From assembly GCF_006345805.1 (NCBI RefSeq), contig NC_043000.1:47616001-47680000 (forward strand): a stretch of 64,000 nucleotides of DNA, given 5' to 3'. The DNA comes from Octopus sinensis. Taxonomy: Eukaryota. Of this stretch, positions 53,966 through 64,000 are shown piece after piece. Numbering within the stretch: the stretch's first letter is position 1; every line of letters begins with the position of its first letter. Position numbers and translations under genes: made by a program. The notes under the pieces are model-generated. The model made no database searches and had not been told where the DNA came from. It saw nothing but the letters and a program-made list of their open reading frames with translations.

Positions 53966-54797
53966 CATATATATCCAGGCCACAGATAGTCTACTTCACT
54001 GTAATGTTGATGATCGGATAACATAAAGAGGATTCCACTTCAATGCATAAAATCGGTGGCTGAAATTCTTAAACACTTAACAGAAGTATGCAATTACTCA
54101 AATCCGCATAGCTGGCCATGAAGTACGCTATATCAACATATTGTCAGTAGTAAATCATTATATCTAATATTATTTCTGTTATCTTTTACTTGTTTCAGCC
54201 ACTAGACTGCAGCCATGTTGTGACACAGCCTTGAAGAGGATTTTTTTTTAATCGAACGCATCAAATCTAGTACTTATTCTTTAAAGCCAGCTACTAATTC
54301 TGTCGGTCTCTTATGCTAAACCACTAAGTTACAGGATCATACGGTAATAGAAGACAAGCTTAACAGAAATATAAATGCATACATATATACGTGTTTGTGT
54401 GTGTGTGTGTGTGTGTGTCTACACTATTTTAACTTTATTTTATTATCCGATTCTGTAAGTCTAAGAATATTTGGCGTCATTATTCTCGGCCTGAGTACAC
54501 TTGTATAACATCTCAGTTATATCGTTCTAAGGTGTGTTTCATTAAAAAATTCATATCAGTGATATAAAGACACTTTGACTTACACAACTGTGGATTACAA
54601 CCAAATGAAACTTGGATTATAAGTCAAGTCCTTCACATAGCTTCCTTTTGAATGCACAGGAATATACATGGAATCAGAAATACTGGTTTCGTCAAAGAAT
54701 TTAAATTGAAATGTTTGCTATTGCGTCTTATATTCTTTTACGTGTGTCAATCGTCTAACTGCAGCCATCCTGAGACACTGCTTTGAATGGTTTAGCC

Positions 54798-55077
54798 TGG
54801 TGATTCCCAAGTTTTTTTTTGGGGGGGGGCTAAGGGGCCCTTTGATTCCAACTTTAATCTGATGGACCCCATAAGTATTTGATGTCTAAAAATCCTATTA
54901 CACTTTTATAATTAAATATCATTAAGAATTGAATAAAAAGAATTGTTCAAATACTTCGTGTACTGTAGAAGTATAACCTATTTATCACACATAATTTTTA
55001 ATAACAAAATCTTATATGGACCCCCAAGGGACATATGGACCCTCTAGGGCCATATGGATTCCGGTGGAAAACCACTG
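54798..55077. mobile_element. hAT-like MITE inserted in a SINE B 3' half
   Basis: Ends TGGTGATTCCCAA / GGAAAACCACTG; 8-bp flanks GTTTAGCC and GCTTAGTC (6/8 match). Confidence 0.6.
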
Positions 55078-55134
55078 GCTTAGTCGAACAAATCGAGTCC
55101 AGTACTTATTTTAAGTCTGGTATCTATTTTATTA

Positions 55135-55260
55135 CTAGCAATGCACCCCGGCGTTGCCCAGGTGTTATGACCTAAGCAATCTTGTATTATTTCTTATGGG
55201 CAGAATCGACACACGAGGAGTATGAAGAAAATAACTCTCCTTTCTAAACATGTTTTTCGG
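55135..55260 (+). mobile_element. Possible Helitron/HINE-like 5' end
   Basis: TACTAGCAATGCACCCCGGCGTTGCCCAGG hairpin-type terminus. Confidence 0.3.
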
Positions 55261-55880
55261 TCATTTTCTTATAAATAACGCTGAAGTTTCCGTCTACCAA
55301 ATTCAGTTACAAGTCAATGGTTGGCCTGGGGCTCTAGTAGAAAATACTTGCCTAAGGTACCATGCAGAGGGACTGAACGTGGAACCATGTGGTTGGGAAG
55401 CAAACTTCTCAACCACACAATCATTCTTGCACCTAATGTGTGTGTGTTTACATTTGTTGTTAAATTGAGTATTGCATCCCACTATTTCTCAAAGTTAGCA
55501 GTTCATCAAGTAGCTATCTATAAAATAAATACCATATTGAAATACGCACTGAGGTGAGTATGATCAATTAAATTTTTGAAGGTGATACCCCATCATGGCG
55601 ACAGTCGAAAGACTATACCCAATAAAATAATGTTTAAAGACTTAATGGCTTCGAATTTAAGGTAATGGATTACTAACCACAAGATACGAGTTCAAAATTT
55701 CCACTCTATACGATAACACTATATGTACATCTCAGTCTGCTTGACTTCCAACAATTAACAATTGTAATTTGAAGTTGAACGATTAAGGATAGATTAGGTC
55801 AGAAAGACGTCCAGATTTCTTAAAAACTTACGTGCAAAGTATTCTGGAAAAAATTTTTTTCACCACAGCAAAACATGCAC

Positions 55881-55942
<62 letters not shown>

Positions 55943-57370
55943 GGAGAGGTATCTCTGTGGTAACTTGAGCTACTACATATGACAGCCAACTCTCTCTTAA
56001 AACACACCCTTTCATCAAAAGGAAGACATAGATTTACAGTATTTGAGGAAGAAAAAACTATGCGATGGATCTGCTGAACAAAACACAAACATACTTCACA
56101 TTGTAAGATTATCTACTAAATAATATGAATAAACGTGACGGTATACCTTGGAAGTTTCATTCCCTTATGTATTTGAAGATTGGTCAAGCAGAGTTGCCTC
56201 CCTTAGCTAAAGACCTCAAAATTGTGCGACCCAATCTCGTTTTCGAGGCTATTTTTGTAGTAAAAAAGAGCTGTTGTGCAAAAACATACTTTATTTGGTA
56301 GCCAAAAATTTACTGAAACTTTTGATACCTCATACGACAAAATCGGCAACTCAGTTTCCGAATCCATAAGGAACATACGCGCACGCGCATACGCACACAC
56401 ACATACACACAAACTGTTTTATGATATCGGACTAGCTTTTTATCAACCGCTAAGTTACAAGCATAAGCACACCAACACCTGTTGTCAGATGGTAAAGGGA
56501 AAAGCAAAAAGACGCACTTAGATTGTTATGCGTTTTGCTATTTTATTATTCAAAAATAAAAGAATTCTATGCAGATAAACGAAATTTGCATTATATTCAT
56601 GTGAATTTAACCGAATAATTTTATATCTGTTAAGAACGCACTGACCGAAAAAGAATGTTATATTTGAGTCTACAGTGCGTCTAACGATATATGCCTAGCT
56701 TACGAATAAAAGTGAAGGGGGCCGTGGCCGTTTGTGTGGTGATTGCGTTTTATTGGCTACTTTTCAATCATCATGAACCAATGAGCGATAGTTTGGAATG
56801 GAGCTGTCTTCATCCATGCTTGTTTTGTTTGACGTGTCGAAGTGGAAGAGGAAGCTAATGGGTGTACGTCTGTGTGTGTGTGCGCGCGTGCTTGTTCTTG
56901 TGTGTGTGTGTGTGTGCGTGTGTGTGCGAGCGTGTTCCATTTTTAAGCATTTATGTGTGTGGAGGAAGTTACAAAGTGTACGTGTGTGTATACATACTTG
57001 TCCTTTTGTGAGTGTGCGTGTGTAAGAGTGTGTGTGTGTGTGTGTGTGTATGCGAGCGTATTCTATTTTTATGCATTTATGCCTGTAGAGGACGCTACTA
57101 GGTGTATGTGTGTGTATGTGCGTTTGTGTATGTGTATGTGTGTTTCTGTATTTGTGTGTGTGTGTGCATGCGTGCATGTTCTGCTTTTTATCTATTTATG
57201 TGTGTGGAATGTAGACATAACGAAAACGATGTTGCATTTTAAACTTGAGAAAATCCTTGCATATTTATTCGTACCTGCTTCATTTGTGTATGTAAGATTC
57301 GAAAACGAGATCAGCGTCGAAGAAGCCGCATTAGTTATAATAGTCCATGTTTTTTTTTAACCACCAAAGA

Positions 57371-57476
57371 GCCGAAATATTGCAACATGCATCAAAGCGC
57401 CGAAATATTGCAACAGGCATCAAAGCGCCGGGATATTGCAACATGCATCAAAGCGCCGAAATATTGCAACATGCAT
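57371..57476. repeat. 28-bp minisatellite, ~3.8 copies
   Basis: GCCGAAATATTGCAACATGCATCAAAGC at 57371, 57399, 57427 and 57455. Confidence 0.9.
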
Positions 57477-58744
57477 GGAGAAAAGGAAGAAATGTAAATT
57501 AACACTTACTATTGATCAAAGGAAATGAGAAAGAAAGAAATATAAATGACATTGATTTCTATTAATTTTAAAACTAATCTTCGAGACTATACAAGAACAC
57601 GCTAACACACACGCACACACACACACGCACGCACACTCTCACACACAAGAATAATCACGCGCGCACACACACATATATGCACATATACTCACACACACAC
57701 ACAGACGTATACACATTAGCTGCCACACCATCAGGAGAAATACGGTACATATATAAAATATTACAAGCGTTGCCTTAAAAAGTACGAAACTAGAATTGAA
57801 AAATGCGCCCGTTCAAAGGGGTTACAGAATGTCATAATAAACTTTAAAGAATACGGGATTAGCATTGTTGCTCAAAATCATTATATGTTGAACATTCTGT
57901 GGCATCCTTTTATCTCAAGAAATTTGTTTCAGCGAAATTAAGTTATATTAAGAATTAATTAAGTTAAATTATCGTGTGCTCAGTTTTAACAAAAGAATTG
58001 TGTACAAATACTAATGTCATCTTTAGGCAATAATTCAATATATGAATGATAATTTTTTATAATTTTACAAGTAATCAATCAAAAATAATTTAGTAATAAT
58101 TTGTTTAATTCGCATAATTATTTCATTAATATGTGTAGCATAATGCAAATTATCTTTGCCTATAATTATTTCGGTTTCGTACTTTCGCTGTGATATAGAT
58201 TCGACTTCATCGTTAATCCAGATATTTTTTATTTTATTATCATGGCAATTTGCATTCAGTGTAAAATATGTTGTTTTTTTCTATACTTTGGTATGAAGAG
58301 TATTATAACGAATTTACTTATTCGGAGTTAAAGATCATATTTTGTACATTTTCAGATTTTTATATTAAGAACTCGGTTTAATAATTATCGTGACATCGTA
58401 ATTCACACACGATGCTCTTTGCGTTTTAAGATGCCACAGAATGTACAGCATATAGTGATTCCAATATTTTTTAGCAACAAATCTAGTCCAATACTTTTTA
58501 AGGCTTATTATGACATTCTGTAACTCCTTTGAGCGTGCGCATTTTAAAATTCTAGTCGATGAATTGCTAAATGAACTGATGTCTTGAAAAGCTATACAAT
58601 TAATAGAATTTGTTAATGATCTGGTATGCTATTAAGCGGGAACTCTGTCTAAATAATATTACAAAATTGTAATGAGTCTCACATCATATCATTCATCAAA
58701 CACATACTATCTAAATAATGATAATGATGTAAGATAATACAGAC

Positions 58745-58910
58745 TGGTATTTTGTCCGTCTTCATATTCTGAGTTCAAATTCTGCTGAGATTGAATTTGC
58801 CTTTCAGCCCTTCGGGGTCGATAAAACTAGTAGCAGTTGAGTACGAGAGTCGATGTAATCGACTAGGCCCCTCCTCCAAGATTTCAGACTTTGTGCCTAT
58901 AATTGAAGGA
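58745..58910 (+). mobile_element. 5'-truncated SINE family A
   Basis: GGTATTTTGTCCGTC...CTGAGTTCAAATTC...CTTCGGGGTCGATAAAAC. Confidence 0.75.
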
Positions 58911-59371
58911 TTATTAATATAATATACAATTTATAATTATTTTAATTAAAATTTATTATTAGGGAAATATAGATATGTATGGTAAATACAACGATTAAAT
59001 GCTAAACCGAGAATATCTACAAACAACTTAGCAATAACAGATTTTATATCCAAATTGTTCTTTTCTAAAATATTCACTAAGAATTCATAACGTATTTTCT
59101 TTTAGTTTCTTATCATTACATCTTTGTCACCCAATTAAAACACTGTATTTCCCTATTGTTACAGCGAGTATGCGCTCAGCTGGGTCGCAATTCTCTAAGT
59201 ATCCCAATTGTCACAGTGTTGTAGTGTTCAGCTGGTCCTCGATTCAAAGTATTCTAAAGAAACTTATGAACAAAAGAAAAGCGCAAATACTGACTACTAC
59301 AAGCAATTTTCAACACAGAATCTTCTCTCAAAGATATGCGCTCCGATTTCTATCCACTCATTCATACTAAC

Positions 59372-59409
<38 letters not shown>

Positions 59410-60301
59410 GTCTCTTTCTCTCTCTCCCTCCCGCTCACTCTCTCACATACACTATATATATATATATATGCGTGTGTGTGTGTGTATGAATGTATATATA
59501 TATATATTCGTCACTAGCTGGTGGTCGTCTCATACTGAGGGGGCGGATAACACCCAGGAACCTAGGTCTGTGAGTATCACGTAAGACTACAAATGGGAGC
59601 GATGACCACCCTTGCAAATACTATAAACGGACACAAACTGTGTGCCGCTAGCCAGCCAGAAAAGACATTTTCCTGGGGCTAGAACAACAATAACATCATC
59701 CTTTACAGGACTGCCACGTTATGTTGGCAAATAAACATTACTATTCGGTACTGTTACTGTATTTCTCGCACTAAGAGATTTTAAAACTTGTTGTTTTTCT
59801 CGATACGAGATCAGCGACAGAGTGTCCCTTAAAGAATATATAGTATTTGCGAGACACTAGCTGGTAGTTGTCTCACATTGAGTACTGATAACATCCAGAA
59901 ACAAGGGGGTACAGTTGGACATTTATTTTCAATCATTACAATTGTTTCAACATAACTTCGTTTACTTGATTATGCAACCGTTTCCCTGCATTATGAGATC
60001 TAGTCCTGTTTCCTCAGGCGATATGCAAACATTGTCTCCCAAGTAACCGCACGCCTGGAGAACTGCGTTGTGTAGAAACACTTGTAGTGATTGGAAATAA
60101 GTGTTCAATCGTATTCCTTGTTGACTCTAATTTTTTTTCAGTTATCAATTCACACACGGCAGAAAATCCAATGCAAACTTGGAAGTACGTATGATACTAC
60201 TACTGAATAGCACAGGGTGAAATATGAAAGTGGACGAGCTTAATACTATAATTTATACTGTACGTTCTTAATGGAATATACCATAACTATATATATATAT
60301 A

Positions 60302-61192
60302 CGAGGTCTAATAAATAACTATCAGAACTGTTTCCATAGTAACGAAGCTAAAGCACACAGAGGGAAGCCGCTTTGCACAGATTGACTTTGAACTCTATTG
60401 TGTAATCACACTAAGTTTTAACGTCCTAGCTCCCTTCCGCTGTTTACAGCAGTGCGTGGAAGGACGAGTGTAGCGTATGATTGTCGCATTGACCATGACA
60501 GAGAAAGTTATCGTGGCGATACCTGCTCAGAGGCCTACGCAAAATTGCAGAATGTGTATGGAGAAAAGTGTATGAGCCGCATCAAAAGTGTACGAGTGAG
60601 TCAGATGTTTCCACAATGGTCGAAAAAGTTTCGATATTGATGAATGCTCTGCAGCACTAAGAAAAACATTGCAACCAGCAGAACTGAGAAAAATATCGCA
60701 GATATGCGGGCAGTTGAGACGGGAAATCGTCGAATCACTTTCCTTGAGTTATCAAAAGATATGCAGATTAGTTACGGTTCAGTTCAGACCATTTTCACTG
60801 AAGATCTGGGAATGAGACGCGTGTCTGGCAAGTTTGTGCTAAAACTGCATTCAGCTGACCAAAAAGACACCCGGGTTTCAGTTGCATAAGATCTCCTTGA
60901 TTATGTCGAGAACGATGAAAACCTTTTGAAAACATTGTGTAGGCCTCTGAGTAGGTGTCGCCAAGCTTTTGGAAAAAAGACATTTTGCCCAACTTTCTGT
61001 CATGGTCAACGCGACGATCGCACGCTACACATCTTCCTTCCAAATACTGATGTAAACAGCGGAAGTAAGCTAGAGCGTTAACACTTAGTGCGCATGCACA
61101 GTATAATTCAAGGTCAATCTGTGCCCAGCGGTATCACTCTACATGCTTTAGCTTCGTTACTTTGGGTTGTCATACGCATTGATCAGACCACG
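60302..61192 (+). mobile_element. Mariner derivative: 5' half of the transposase closed by an inverted second left end
   Basis: GDTCSEAYAKLQNVYGEKCMSR and RRITFLELSKDMQISYGSVQTIFTEDLGMRRVSGKFVLK; ~60945-61192 is a diverged reverse complement of ~60302-60540. Confidence 0.85.
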
Positions 61193-61221
61193 TGTATGTA
61201 TGTATGTATGTTTGTAGGTAT

Positions 61222-61252
<31 letters not shown>

Positions 61253-61262
61253 GGTATATGTG

Positions 61263-61556
61263 AAGGCGCGTGGCTTGGTGGTCCGGGTGATGTACTCACG
61301 ATCTAGGGACAGCAGGTTCAGTTCTGGACCAACAGGCGTGTTCTGTTCTTGCGCAAAACTCTTCACATCACATTGCTTCGGTCCATTCAGTTGTAAATGG
61401 GTAACTCTGTGACGGAATAGTCTTTCGACCATGGAGAATGTTGACCTGCGCACCTAGCCATCGGGATGGCGTCATTCGGGAGCTAAAACGCATTGTGACC
61501 AGTGATGTATTACAGCATCTGATTGTCTGATCGATCACGTGATCACGTGATATAGG

Positions 61557-61560
<4 letters not shown>
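61263..61560 (+). mobile_element. Diverged SINE family D
   Basis: GAAGGCGCGTGGCTTGGTGGT...GTTCTTGCGCAAAACTCTTCAC. Confidence 0.7.
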
Positions 61561-61609
<49 letters not shown>

Positions 61610-62300
61610 ATATTACATGATCACGTGTATAGACATATGAATACAAACATATATATGTATACATAATATACAAACATATATATATATATAGAGAGAGAAG
61701 GGGAGAGAAAAAAACATATGTTTGTATATCCTTGTATGTGTAACAAGGCTATCATTGGTTTCATGTTAAGAAAAATGTCTTAACATTTCTTTCAAGCCGA
61801 TCACATGGAGGAATGGTGTTTGAAAAATTGTTAAGGTATTAAGATATTTTTTTAAACACGAAACCGATGGTGGCCTAAATACACAAATAAAAAATCTATC
61901 CACCAATGCGGTATTGAGCACTCATTCTCGTTGTCTGACTTTTATGTAAATGTATGTTTCTATAAAAATATAAAATGTATAATTTTTTTTTACATAGTGA
62001 AAGGGCAGTTAAACCCCAAACCACGAAAAAAAGTCTCATGGCTTTATGTATACTAACCACTGGTAATACATTATTTTAATTTCTTACCCCCATATTTACG
62101 ATAGTATATGTTTGTATATTATAAGTGTGTAAATACATACATAGATGCATACGTACAGATGCATGTTGCGTCTATGTGTATGCCTTAAGCATGGCACTTT
62201 ATTTTATGTTGTCCTTCTATACTAGTTGGAAACGAATACGGCCAAGTGTTGGTGCAGCCTTCTCTCACTTCAAAATCATATATGCATTCAAACACACACA

Positions 62301-62337
<37 letters not shown>

Positions 62338-63007
62338 TTATATAAATTAATATATTTGAATAAAATAATATTATTTTTCTAAGATGGCGAGACCGAAAAT
62401 GTGGGGAAAAGTTATTAGACTAAGTGTTTTATTATTTCAATGTACCTGATTTTGTTTCACTTACTCTATGAAAAAAAAAGTGTGAAACGTTTTTAATAAA
62501 AAAAAATTAACTTCAAACGCTGTCATTTCTTCAGTACAAGTATCAAAGAAATAAATCATGTTTCTAATATATGCATACTTACATGTGAACATACACATAT
62601 GTGTGCATGTCTATTTTCAATAATGCTTGCATATATATTTTTTAGATATGTAACTATGTCCATACCTCGAGTGTCAACTTGAATTCAATCTATAATATTC
62701 AATATATCAATACTCGGGATTCAAATATTTTTTGGATATTTTTTCTCACTTCTTATATCTACTGAGTATTTTGTTTTGTTTCTTTTTATGTTAAATGCTT
62801 TACACGCTGAAGTGTCTTATACTATCCTGAAATTTTTTTCGCCAGCACTTTGTGTGTGTATATATGCATGAGTGTTTATGTATGTGTATCTGTGTGTATT
62901 CACGTATATGGGAGAGAGAGAGAGAGAGAGAGAGAGTGTGTGTATGTGTGTGTAATGTATGAGAACATATATGTATATGTATGTAGGTGCATGTATGTAG
63001 GTGTATG

Positions 63008-63052
<45 letters not shown>

Positions 63053-63095
63053 ATTTATATATAGAGACATATACACATATATATGTATATATATA

Positions 63096-63126
<31 letters not shown>

Positions 63127-63186
63127 CATGTGTGCATTTGTGAATATGTATTTATGTATATATGTGTATATCTATATCTATATCTG

Positions 63187-63238
<52 letters not shown>

Positions 63239-64000
63239 AGCACCAGCATGCCAATATCTTATGTGTGGTCTCGTCTTTTTTATCATTCTATTTTCTTTAT
63301 ATTTTCCTTGATCTCTATCAAGCTACGTATATCTTGACTTTGACTTAAGAAATATCCGTGCAACAGATTGTATTTATATCTTAACAAATCCTTTTAGCTA
63401 TGCCCTCTCGGTATTCTTTTCAACCTGATTTTTATTTTCCTTTATTTTTTTTTATCTTTCTGAGCTTTTTTAAGCTTTGTCAAGATTTGATTGATAATAA
63501 CTAGAGATCATGTTTTATTGAAAATAACTCCAATTTTTCTCCTTTTAAAAATAAAATATTCTACATTTCTCATTCTTATCTTCTTTGTTTCTTACAGTTT
63601 ACGAGGATTATTATCAAATTTTATTTGTGAGGAAGAAAAATGTACATACAAATAATGCCTCCTTTTATGTTTCGTTTATTTAATGTTGTTGTTGCTGTTA
63701 CTGATGTTGTTTAGATCCATGTCAGCTCTAATCGAGCAAGCCTATGATCAAAGCTGTTACAGCCCCATCTAGCTTATTTTTTTTCATTATGTTCAAGCAG
63801 TGCCCGATTTAGATATAAGCTAAGCAAGCAGCAACATAGCGGTTGACGATGCGCAGGGCTCTCAAAAATAGCTAAAAGGCAAAACATTTGTAACAAGTAT
63901 TTTCTACGCTTTATGTAGCTTTTCTAAGACTGTTAGATGCTATTTGAGTAAGATTATACCTCTATTTCTCTTAAGTCGAGCCAAAATGTAAATGCTCTCT

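Noticed and set aside
55540-55560. Strong donor GAG|GTGAGT
   Set aside because: It lies in a degenerate SINE B 3' half.
56752-56782. Two opposed CCAAT boxes
   Set aside because: No TSS or gene evidence; probably inside a repeat.

Overview
AT-rich, repeat-saturated eukaryotic genomic DNA with no confidently identifiable host exon. The tRNA-derived SINE families and very high (TA)n/(TG)n/(TAA)n/(GATA)n density look like Octopus to me (recognition from memory, not a database hit). Most ORFs in the supplied track are microsatellite artefacts. The recognisable coding remnants are all decayed transposons: Tx1/L1-like, CR1-like and R4/Dong-like non-LTR elements, Tc1/mariner, and a possible gag. Two signals stand out. 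(1) Several minimal type-I hammerhead ribozyme motifs with palindromic stem III, of the kind described in Penelope-like elements. These include a near-perfect 442-bp fold-back (23331-23772) with one hammerhead on each strand, nested in a SINE's internal microsatellite. (2) A tRNA-SINE subfamily whose tail resembles the 3' end of the Tx1/L1-like LINE in this window. It forms head-to-tail multimers at a recurrent junction, including a 7 x 184-bp array bounded by an exact 18-bp target-site duplication. Boundaries of decayed repeats are approximate (tens of bp); hairpin, ribozyme and array coordinates were counted directly.
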